Positions 1-7,606 of a stretch of 40,398 nt of DNA are shown here, piece after piece (within the stretch, counting starts at the first letter, position 1; each line of letters begins with the position of its first letter). The notes under the pieces were generated by a model that had not been told where the DNA came from, searched no databases, and saw nothing but the letters and a program-made list of their open reading frames with translations. The translations under genes were made by a program, and so were the position numbers. Source of the stretch: a bacterium. Its GTDB lineage: Bacteria > Patescibacteriota > Minisyncoccia > Phycocordibacterales > Phycocordibacteraceae. The stretch covers positions 1 through 40,398 of the forward strand of contig DAICZA010000003.1 of NCBI GenBank assembly GCA_027311385.1, read 5' to 3'.

Positions 1-191
1 AACGTAACATTTCGAGGAGAATACGGCGTAAAGAAAGGAGATATCGTTCAAAAACGGCTGTAATAGTTGCAAACGGGTGTAACATTTCAAAACCGAACAA
101 AGCGAACACGAAAAGACGCATTTTGAGTGTTCGGTTTCTGTTTGCTCTCGGGACGAACAGAGCGATCCTATGCGATGGATCCGACTCTCAC

Positions 192-460
192 AAATGAGAC
201 TAATGAGACCATTTTGGGCATAATTTGGAGTCTCACTTTGGCATTTATAAAATACCTGATTCCCCGAGACATGTCATTCACCCGCCATACGGTGGCGTAT
301 TTGCTCAAAATGAGACAAATGAGACACTCCACACATGTCCTCACTGTGTCTCATTTGCCGATTTAAAATGCCAACAAATGCCAATAATTCAGGAAAATGG
401 ATCGGGTACAAATTGGACAAAATGGACAGCCGAGGAGACAGATTGGGCGTGTCCAATTTG
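192..460. repeat. AT-rich field of short direct and inverted motif copies (iteron-like)
   Basis: AAATGAGAC at 192-200, 308-316 and 317-325; TAATGAGAC at 201-209; inverted TGAGAC core at 230-235. AAATGAGACAC (317-327) and GTGTCTCATTT (346-356) form an 11-bp inverted repeat. AAATGCCA at 366-373 and 376-383. AAATGGAT 395-402, CAAATTGGAC 409-418 and AAATGGAC 420-427, with inverted GTCCAATTTG at 451-460. Local GC is about 40%. Confidence 0.6.
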
Positions 461-534
461 ATGGAGTTGCACAATATCCTTTTTGCGAACCGTTCCTGCA
501 GGAGCACGTGAATGCTAGCCGGAATCGTGAATTT

Positions 535-831
535 CTAGACAATCTCAAAAGACTTTGTATTGTAATGCTCCTTGATAATTGCATTGGCGGTTGAATTCAT
601 CGCGCACGATTTGCAGGAAGCGAAGAGGTGCAGACGGTCTCGCTTCCCTGACAGCCATGATAACATTTTTTCCTCAAATTCTTCACGTTCCTTGAAGGAA
701 AGGCGACCGACGTAGAGCGTGGGCTGCAATTTGGACAGGCCGTAATTTTTGCACTGTTTCTCGGCTTGCACCTGGTGCTTCTGACTCGATGTCCGCCAAG
801 CGGCAATCGTGAGAAATCCGGGATCGTTCAT
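535..831 (-). CDS. cas2: CRISPR-associated Cas2-like protein
   Basis: 98-aa ORF whose ATG overlaps the cas1 stop (ATGA at 828-831). Its size and the segment LYVGRLSFKEREEFEEKML recall the Cas2 VYVG...RE region (E. coli-type Cas2, from memory). The call rests mainly on size and coupling to cas1. Confidence 0.6.
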   Translation of the reverse strand: MNDPGFLTIAAWRTSSQKHQVQAEKQCKNYGLSKLQPTLYVGRLSFKEREEFEEKMLSWLSGKRDRLHLFASCKSCAMNSTANAIIKEHYNTKSFEIV

Positions 832-1880
832 GGGGTGTATTCGAAAGGTATATACATCTTTTCCTTCTCCAAAAAGATGCGGGCAAGCAGTTCGCTTTGT
901 TCCGTAATCGCAGCGCGGAGCGTGCGTTTCTTTCCCCGGTGCGCGACTTTCTGGTCGAGGCGCTTCAGGACTGCTCCAACCACCTTGCTCTTCCCTTGTG
1001 CCGAGAGACGGTATTCACTTTTAGCCACGAGTTCGAAATCCCCTCGTTTGCCAAGCTCTTTATTTATAAACAGCGGAATAATCGCGGCATCCACCAGAGG
1101 GACGCGAAATTCCTCCACCATATCGAGCACGAGCGCCGGTTTGCCGTAGCGCTCGGAGTGATACAGACCGAGATACGGATCGAGGCCGATGTACAGGCAG
1201 GCGCGTTCGACTTCGTTATAAAGGATGCCGTAGCCGTAGTTGAGCGCGCTGTTGAATTTGTCCCGGCCTTGCGGGATACGGCCCGGGAATTTGAAGAGTG
1301 TTCTCATGCCTCGCCAGTACCGTTCCGCGATAGAGCCTTCGAGACCGAGCATCTCTTCGTTCGCCCGATTGCTCGGAAGCAGTTTCGCGATTGATTCGAA
1401 CACCGCTTCTGCTTGCATACGCTCCTTTGCGTTTTCAGCACCATATCGGTCGGCAAGATGGCGCATGAAGCGAATCTGATTTCGGCATTTGCCGACAACA
1501 AAGGTACGCGCAAGCTCGAAGGATTTGATTTGATCCGAAGAGGTCGTGAGCTGCGCGCGTCGCAATGTCGCAAGACCCTTCGGGTCGCTCGAGAAGATGC
1601 GGCCAACCGGCTTGCCGAACGCGCCGAGATAGACGATATCCACCTCGTGATCGAGTGCGAGCTGTACGGCATGCATGGAGATAGAGGAAGGTCGCAAAAT
1701 CACTATTTTATTGAGCCGACGAATCGGATACTCCTTTCTTGTTCGCGGAGGTTTCGGCAATCCTGTCTTCCGGCGTTTTCTTCCCGGGGGCAGAGGAGGT
1801 TTAGGGCCGGGAAGAGAGATGGTGATACGCTCGCCAGTCGCCCCGATGAAGGTGCCGTACGTGTCGATGAGTAAATCCAT
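828..1880 (-). CDS. cas1: CRISPR-associated endonuclease Cas1
   Basis: Cas1 hallmark block NALNYGYGILYNEVERACLYIGLDPYLGLYHSERYGKPALVLDMVEEFRVPLVD. The ORF opens at 1898. I prefer ATG 1880 (MDLLIDTYG...) because TTGACT-17nt-TATATC (-10 at 1889-1894) ends 8 nt upstream of it. Confidence 0.9.
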   Translation of the reverse strand: MDLLIDTYGTFIGATGERITISLPGPKPPLPPGRKRRKTGLPKPPRTRKEYPIRRLNKIVILRPSSISMHAVQLALDHEVDIVYLGAFGKPVGRIFSSDPKGLATLRRAQLTTSSDQIKSFELARTFVVGKCRNQIRFMRHLADRYGAENAKERMQAEAVFESIAKLLPSNRANEEMLGLEGSIAERYWRGMRTLFKFPGRIPQGRDKFNSALNYGYGILYNEVERACLYIGLDPYLGLYHSERYGKPALVLDMVEEFRVPLVDAAIIPLFINKELGKRGDFELVAKSEYRLSAQGKSKVVGAVLKRLDQKVAHRGKKRTLRAAITEQSELLARIFLEKEKMYIPFEYTP

Positions 1881-1888
1881 GGGTATAG

Positions 1889-1931
1889 GATATATCATTC
1901 CATTGACTTTCAGTCAATGGCATCGTTTGAT
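1889..1931. promoter_or_regulatory. Back-to-back divergent promoters built on a 21-bp palindrome
   Basis: CCATTGACTttcAGTCAATGG (1900-1920) presents TTGACT on both strands. On the minus strand, TTGACT, a 17-nt spacer and TATATC (1889-1894) point to cas1. On the plus strand, TTGACT (1903-1908), 17 nt and TTTGAT (1926-1931) point toward the recombinase. Confidence 0.5.
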
Positions 1932-2018
1932 GCGCTCTAAAGATACCAACTCACCCCTCATGGACTCCTCCGAGGGGTTGTGGCATCCCTTGTACCTGTA
2001 CCAGATAATACAAGGAAT

Positions 2019-3344
2019 ATGGAAACAACAATGGTTCAGGGCGGTTTCGGAGCGGCGGTCGCTCCAGTCGAAATGGTTCCAGTCCGGTACTGCCTCTATG
2101 CGAGGAAGAGCACCGAGAGCGAAGAACAGCAGGTGTTGAGCATCGATAGTCAGATCAAGGAAATGCTGGTTTTGGCTGAGAAAGAGAAATTGGAGATCGT
2201 CGAAGTGAAGCGTGAATCGCATTCAGCCAAGGAGGCCGGGGCACGACCGATATTCAATGAGATCGTGGAGGAAATTAAGAGCGGCAAGTTCAACGGCATA
2301 CTGACCTGGGCACCAGATCGCATCTCTCGCAACGCGGGCGATCTCGGTCGCATCGTCGATCTCATGGATAGCAAGCACCTGATTGACATCCGCACGTACG
2401 GCCAGCGATTCACGAATAATCCGAACGAGAAATTCTTGCTGATGATATTGGGGAGTCAAGCAAAATTGGAGAACGACAACAAGCGCGTCAATGTGAAGCG
2501 AGGACTCCGAGCGAGAGTCGAGATGGGCCTATGGCCCGGCATCGCGCCCACGGGATATCTGAATGACGGACGAAAGGATCATCGGTGTGAAGTATTAGTT
2601 GATCCCGTCCGCTCCCCTGTCATCAGACAGGTCTTCGAGAAGATCGGGGTGGAGCGCTGGAGCGGGCGAAAAGTACATGCGTGGCTCAAATCGGATATCA
2701 AGTTTGCCTCTCGGATTGGCAAGAGCATGAATCTCTCTACCTTATACAAGATGCTCAAGAATCCCTTCTATTGCGGTGTCTTCGAGTATCCGAGGGGCTC
2801 GGGCTCCTGGTATACCGGCAAGCATACGCCGATCATCACCCAGGAACTCTTCCAGGCAGTCCAAGAGAAGATCGCCGAGGAGAACCGCCCCAAGACCAGG
2901 TTCGAAGAGTGGAACTTCACCAAACTCCTCCTCTGCGGATACTGCGGTTCCGGCATCACCGCCCAAGAGAGAGCCAAGATACTGAGTACCGGTGAACCCG
3001 TCTCCTACGTGTACTACTCCTGCTCCCGCGCCAAGGACGTGAACTGCAAGAATCCGTACCTGCGCGAGGAGAAAGTTATCGAGCAACTCGCTGGTCTGAT
3101 TGACAAGATATCCCTCGACGAAATCGGTGCCCGTCACCTCATTGAGCGCGAAGTGTCGCGATACAACAAGTTACGTGCGGAGGTTGAAGGGAAAAGCGAA
3201 ACCATCAAGGCTAAGGAAATGGACATTCGCAAATATGCAAAGTATCTATTGAAGAATGGATCAAGAGAGGAGAAGCGCGAACTGCTTGAACACTTGCGTG
3301 ACCGTCTGATCTTGAACGACCACATTATCACGCTCGCCGATTAA
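2019..3344 (+). CDS. Large serine recombinase (resolvase domain, recombinase domain and zinc ribbon)
   Basis: N-terminal [22 protein letters not shown] catalytic-serine region and [10 protein letters not shown], then a recombinase domain and CGYC...YYSC...NC zinc ribbon, then a C-terminal coiled coil. The ORF opens at GTG 1980. ATG 2019 is preceded by GATAAT (2004-2009), and ATG 2073 is also possible. Confidence 0.85.
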   Translation: METTMVQGGFGAAVAPVEMVPVRYCLYARKSTESEEQQVLSIDSQIKEMLVLAEKEKLEIVEVKRESHSAKEAGARPIFNEIVEEIKSGKFNGILTWAPDRISRNAGDLGRIVDLMDSKHLIDIRTYGQRFTNNPNEKFLLMILGSQAKLENDNKRVNVKRGLRARVEMGLWPGIAPTGYLNDGRKDHRCEVLVDPVRSPVIRQVFEKIGVERWSGRKVHAWLKSDIKFASRIGKSMNLSTLYKMLKNPFYCGVFEYPRGSGSWYTGKHTPIITQELFQAVQEKIAEENRPKTRFEEWNFTKLLLCGYCGSGITAQERAKILSTGEPVSYVYYSCSRAKDVNCKNPYLREEKVIEQLAGLIDKISLDEIGARHLIEREVSRYNKLRAEVEGKSETIKAKEMDIRKYAKYLLKNGSREEKRELLEHLRDRLILNDHIITLAD

Positions 3345-3376
3345 CACAAAAGCGCGACATTCATCGCGCTTTTGTG
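3345..3376 (+). terminator. 13-bp perfect hairpin immediately after the recombinase stop
   Basis: CACAAAAGCGCGA-cattca-TCGCGCTTTTGTG. No clear T-tract follows, so terminator function is inferred from position only. Confidence 0.5.
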
Positions 3377-3446
3377 CGGAAATGACCCTCGCGGTTGCGA
3401 ACTGAAATTGATGCCTCGCGGTCTAAAAACCGCGTGCTGACTGCTG

Positions 3447-3517
3447 TGCGGGATACGAGAATCGAACTCGTGCCTCAACCTTGGGAAGGTCGCGTCCTAC
3501 CACTAAACCAATCCCGC
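3447..3517 (-). tRNA. tRNA-Gly (anticodon CCC)
   Basis: The reverse complement folds as a cloverleaf: GCGGGAT acceptor, anticodon stem CGACC/GGTTG with loop TTCCCAA, T arm ACGAG-TTCGATT-CTCGT, and 3' ATCCCGC-A. CCA is not encoded. Confidence 0.9.
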
Positions 3518-3559
3518 ACAAAAAGCGAATGCCGGTTCTGCCGTTAAACCATACCCGCA

Positions 3560-3898
3560 TTAAAACCAACTCAATATCTTCTGCCACCAGGACGGCGTCG
3601 TGGTGGGCGTCGCCGTGGCCGGCGGCACCACCACGATAACCTCTTCCCCCGGCCGCGCAACCCCGAAGGCCGTCCGGATGGCCGCATCCTGCCCGCGCGG
3701 CGTCGCGAGAGCGGCGAGATTCGCCTCCAGCGTCGCTTTGCGCGTCTCAAGCGCCTGATACTGCGCTTTCTCCTGGCCCGCCTGGGACACGGCAATATGC
3801 GCTTTCCCCACAAGCCCCCAGATGCTTGACGCAAGCCAGGCGCCAATCAAGATGAGGACGCCGATGATGATTCCCTGCCGCCAGTGTCTCGCGCGCAT
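3560..3898 (-). CDS. FtsB/DivIC-like septum formation initiator (membrane anchor plus coiled coil)
   Basis: One N-terminal TM helix, a heptad-like QEKAQYQALETRKATLEANL segment, and AIRTAFGVARPGEEVIVV resembling the family C-terminal motif. TATACT (3905-3910) lies 6 nt upstream of the ATG. Confidence 0.6.
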   Translation of the reverse strand: MRARHWRQGIIIGVLILIGAWLASSIWGLVGKAHIAVSQAGQEKAQYQALETRKATLEANLAALATPRGQDAAIRTAFGVARPGEEVIVVVPPATATPTTTPSWWQKILSWF

Positions 3899-3917
3899 AC
3901 GGAGAGTATACCAATTC

Positions 3918-5786
3918 TCATTCAGCCGACGATTGGACCATTTTCATAAAGACTTCTTCGGGGATATTCACCTTCCCCCGCCCGCGCTCCAAGAGCTTCT
4001 TCTTGCCGCGCTTCTGCTTGTCCAGGAGCTTGTTCTTGCGCGAGACGTCGCCGCCGTAGAGATAGCCGGTGACATCCTTGCGCATCGCCGAGAGCGTTCG
4101 TGAAGAGATGATGCGGCCCAAGGCGCGCGCCTGGATCTTCGTCACAAAGAGCTGTTTGGGCAGGAGGCCGTGAAGTTTCTCCACCATCTTCTCCGCCTCT
4201 TCCTCCACCCGCCGGCGCGCGACCACGCGCGCAAACGCGGCCACCGGCTCGTCGGCCACCAGCACGTCAAGCCGCACGACATCCGCTTCCCGTTCGGCGA
4301 GGATTTCATACGACAGCGAGGCGTAGCCGGATGAGACGTTCTTCAATTTATCAAAGAATCCGCGCATGAGTTCGCGCAGCGGCATCTCAATGGTCATCTC
4401 AATGCGACCGTCGCCGAACGTCTCGGTCGCGAGTGTCTGCGCCTCGTGGTCGTAGAGCATCTGGACGAGCGCGTTCACCGCCTCGGGCGGCGTGATGATG
4501 ATGACCCGCGCCCACGGCTCCTCAATCTTCAGGATGTCGCCGTATTCGGGGAACTTCGCCGGCGTATAAATGGTCTCGCGGACGCCGCTCGTCTTCGTGA
4601 CCACGTAGGAGATAGTCGGGATAGTGACGATGAGCGTAAGGTTGAATTCGCGGCGCAGGCGTTCGGTAACTATTTCCAAATGGAGGAGCCCGAGGAAGCC
4701 GCAGCGGAACCCGCGCCCGAGCACACCGGAAGACTCTTCCTCAAACGAGAGCGAGGAATCGGAGAGCCGCAGGCGCTCAAGCGATTTGCGCAGGACCGGC
4801 AAGTCATCTTGGCTCTCCGGATACACCGACGCCCACACGACCGGCCGCACCCGCTCGTAGCCCGGGAGCGCGGGCAAGGAGCCCTTCGCCGCACCGATGG
4901 TGTCGCCGACCGCGACGACGCCCGGCTCCTTGATGCCGGTGACAATGTAGCCGATTTCGCCGGCGGAAAGTGAATCGGCGGGCGTCTCGCCTGGCGTGAA
5001 GATGCCGGTCTCAAGCGCGATGAACTCTTTCCCCGCCGCGCGAAACGCAAGCGGCTGGCCTTTCTTGAACGTGCCGTCAAACACGCGCAGATACACGGCG
5101 ACGCCGCGGTGCGTGGAATACGAGAAATCAAAAATAAGTCCGCGCGGTTCCTCGCCGGCGGACGGCGCGGAACCGCGCGGCGACGGAATGCGCGTCACGA
5201 TGGCTTCCAGCAGTTCGGCAACGCCCGCACCCGTCTTCCCCGACACTGCAAGCACCTCCTCGGGCGAGGCGTGCACGAGCTTGGCGAGCTCCGCCTTCAC
5301 CTCGTCCACGCGCGCGGCGGGAGAATCTATCTTGGAGAGCACCGGGATGACGACGCACCCCTGCGCCTCGGCCATTGCGAGCGTTGTCAGGGTTTGCGCC
5401 TGGACGCCATGGGTGGCATCCACAAGGAGAAGCACTCCCTCCACCGCATGGAGCGCGCGCGAGACTTCGTACGAGAAATCAATGTGCCCCGGAGTATCAA
5501 TCAAGTTGAGTACGTAGTCGCCGTACTGCATCCGTACGGGCTGCATTTTGATGGTAATGCCGCGCTCGCGTTCCAGGTCCATACGGTCAAGCACCTGGTC
5601 GCGCATCAATCGCTCGGGAATGGCGCCGGTGCGCTCCAAGAGGCGGTCGGCCAGCGTTGATTTGCCATGGTCTACATGGGCAATGATAGAGAAATTGCGA
5701 AAGTGTTCTTGGTTCACCCCGTTAGAGACCCGATTCGCAGACGAATCGGCAGACATTCCAGATGTCTTGTCTCTAACGGGGTTCAT
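3918..5786 (-). CDS. lepA: Elongation factor 4 (LepA)
   Basis: [32 protein letters not shown], and a LepA-type C-terminal domain. ATG 5786 overlaps the murJ stop (ATGA). An alternative GTG at 5717 would remove the 23-aa extension encoded by a palindromic element. Confidence 0.95.
   Translation of the reverse strand: MNPVRDKTSGMSADSSANRVSNGVNQEHFRNFSIIAHVDHGKSTLADRLLERTGAIPERLMRDQVLDRMDLERERGITIKMQPVRMQYGDYVLNLIDTPGHIDFSYEVSRALHAVEGVLLLVDATHGVQAQTLTTLAMAEAQGCVVIPVLSKIDSPAARVDEVKAELAKLVHASPEEVLAVSGKTGAGVAELLEAIVTRIPSPRGSAPSAGEEPRGLIFDFSYSTHRGVAVYLRVFDGTFKKGQPLAFRAAGKEFIALETGIFTPGETPADSLSAGEIGYIVTGIKEPGVVAVGDTIGAAKGSLPALPGYERVRPVVWASVYPESQDDLPVLRKSLERLRLSDSSLSFEEESSGVLGRGFRCGFLGLLHLEIVTERLRREFNLTLIVTIPTISYVVTKTSGVRETIYTPAKFPEYGDILKIEEPWARVIIITPPEAVNALVQMLYDHEAQTLATETFGDGRIEMTIEMPLRELMRGFFDKLKNVSSGYASLSYEILAEREADVVRLDVLVADEPVAAFARVVARRRVEEEAEKMVEKLHGLLPKQLFVTKIQARALGRIISSRTLSAMRKDVTGYLYGGDVSRKNKLLDKQKRGKKKLLERGRGKVNIPEEVFMKMVQSSAE
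5716..5782. repeat. Palindromic element, copy 1 (14-bp perfect terminal inverted repeats ACCCCGTTAGAGAC)
   Basis: ACCCCGTTAGAGAC (5716-5729) pairs with GTCTCTAACGGGGT (5769-5782). Two internal hairpins are present: CCGATTC-gcagac-GAATCGG and AGACAT-tccag-ATGTCT. The element lies between the murJ stop and the conserved lepA core. Confidence 0.8.
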
Positions 5787-7510
5787 GGCTGGAGCGGCTC
5801 GTCGCCGGAGGGAGGAAGTATGGCGGAGCGGCCGGTATGCGTCCGGATGAGTTTCCCGAGCGCGCTGGTCACGATGCCGAATTCCTCGTTCTCAAGGAAA
5901 TAGAGCGCGAGCGCCGAGGCGGCAAGGCCGACAATGCCTGCGACAAGACCCTGCGTGAGGACGGACATAAGCGTCGTCAGGGGCGCGATGCCGCCCTCAA
6001 GCGTCAGCACCGCGTACGCAGCCGCGCCGCCCGCAACGGCGGCGATGGAGCCGTCCAGAGCCGGACGCAGGAGCGTCCGGCTGAGTCCGGGAGCGATATT
6101 CCGAAGCGCGATGAGCGACAGAAACACGAGGAAGAATTGTCCGAGGATGTTCGCGAGCGCGAGAAGCAGAATGCCCGTCCCGGGCACGTCGGACACTTTC
6201 AGAAACGCCGCGAGCGAAGCGGGCATGCTGCTATTCGGCATCGCGAGGAACACGAACGCGAGCACGACCGTGAGTGCGCCGCCGGCAATCTGGTACGCAA
6301 GCGGCCGCCAGGACTGGCGCGCCGCGTAGAGCGCGCGCGAGAACAGTAATTCCAGCGCGTCCACGACCAAGCCGACGACGGCGATAGCAAGGAGCGCCGC
6401 CGTGAGGCGCGTCGCGTCCCAATTAAACGCGCCGGTCCCGAGCACGACTCGGACGATATGCGCACGCAAGACGACGACAAGCCCGAGCGCCACGATAGAC
6501 CAGAGGATGATGTGCCGCGCGCTCGTGGAAAGAATTTTCATAAATTCATCATGCTTCTTCAAGGAGAGCGCTTCGGAGAGCGCCGGGAACGCCGCAACGG
6601 CATAGGAGGAACCGATGATGGCGAGCGGAACCGCCTCCAGATTGCCGGCGAAGGTGAACACCGATACCTCGCCCGTGCCGAGCCGGGACGCCATCGCCGT
6701 CAGAAACAGCATCGTGAAGGAGTTCACGCCGAGCGCGAGCGAGCGCGGCACGGAATTCTGCACGACCGGCCTCATAAGCGCAAAGGATGGGAGACGGAAG
6801 CGCGGCAGTACGCCGGCGCCGATGACGACCGGTATATTGACGGCGAAGTATCCGACCGCGCCGATGACCACGCCGATGCCGATGCCCGGCAAGCCCCACA
6901 GGGGATACAAAACGACCGTGCCGAAGATGATGCCGAGATTGTAGAGAACCGGCGAGAGCGCGAAGAGGACGAACCGCCGGTGCACCTGCGTGACGCTCGC
7001 AAAGACGCCGGAGAGGCCGAGCAAGATGGGCTGGACGAGCAGAATGCGCGCAAGGAGAACAAACTGCGGCTGGTACGCCGAGGTAACGAAATCCGGATAG
7101 AGAAACGCCAAGAACTGCGGCATAAAGATGCCGATAATGACGCAAATGACGCCGCCGACGCTAAGGAGGAACGTTGCCGATTCGGAGAGGAGCCGTCGCG
7201 TCGCGTCGCGATCCTGCCCGGTAATAAGCGGAATGATAACGTACGCACTCACCAAGGACGACACCAGTGCGAAGACCAGATCCGGCATACGAAACGCCGC
7301 ATAGTAGAGGTCCAGCACCTGCCCCGCGCCGAAGGTGTGTGCAAAGGTGCGGTCGCGGAGAAGTGCCAAAGCCTGCGACGCGAGCGTGAGCGCGGCGAGC
7401 AGATACGCGGCCTGATGCAGGCCGCGTATCGGCGCGGCAATACGCGAATACGCGGCTTTCCTAAGCCCGCGTATTGGTGCCGCGATGCGCTCATACGTCT
7501 CCCGAACCAT
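5783..7510 (-). CDS. murJ: Lipid II flippase MurJ/MviN
   Basis: Polytopic membrane protein with [30 protein letters not shown], typical of the MurJ N-terminus. The ORF opens at 7546. I prefer ATG 7510 because TACTAT (7517-7522) is 6 nt upstream and a terminator hairpin with T-tract ends at about 7549. Confidence 0.85.
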   Translation of the reverse strand: MVRETYERIAAPIRGLRKAAYSRIAAPIRGLHQAAYLLAALTLASQALALLRDRTFAHTFGAGQVLDLYYAAFRMPDLVFALVSSLVSAYVIIPLITGQDRDATRRLLSESATFLLSVGGVICVIIGIFMPQFLAFLYPDFVTSAYQPQFVLLARILLVQPILLGLSGVFASVTQVHRRFVLFALSPVLYNLGIIFGTVVLYPLWGLPGIGIGVVIGAVGYFAVNIPVVIGAGVLPRFRLPSFALMRPVVQNSVPRSLALGVNSFTMLFLTAMASRLGTGEVSVFTFAGNLEAVPLAIIGSSYAVAAFPALSEALSLKKHDEFMKILSTSARHIILWSIVALGLVVVLRAHIVRVVLGTGAFNWDATRLTAALLAIAVVGLVVDALELLFSRALYAARQSWRPLAYQIAGGALTVVLAFVFLAMPNSSMPASLAAFLKVSDVPGTGILLLALANILGQFFLVFLSLIALRNIAPGLSRTLLRPALDGSIAAVAGGAAAYAVLTLEGGIAPLTTLMSVLTQGLVAGIVGLAASALALYFLENEEFGIVTSALGKLIRTHTGRSAILPPSGDEPLQP

Positions 7511-7555
7511 TGCCTCATAGTACCCTTTTTCCGCCGCGTTCTCCATAGGAAAAAC

Positions 7556-7588
7556 GGAAAAGGGGCGCCCGACTGGACGCCCCTTTCC
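7556..7588 (-). terminator. Rho-independent terminator after the O-antigen-ligase-like gene
   Basis: GGAAAAGGGGCG...CGCCCCTTTCC stem. On the minus strand it is followed by TTTTT (plus-strand A-run 7550-7554). Confidence 0.65.
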
Positions 7589-7606
7589 TAAAAATGCTTC
7601 TGACGA

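Noticed and set aside
1-534. Possible CRISPR array or leader downstream of cas2, including a 10-nt repeat GTAACATTTC at 4-13 and 79-88.
   Set aside because: No repeat of 20 nt or more with regular spacing is present. The 10-mer has no extended flanking identity. The other repeats are 8-11 nt motifs with irregular spacing, which is not CRISPR-like. An array could still lie left of the window.
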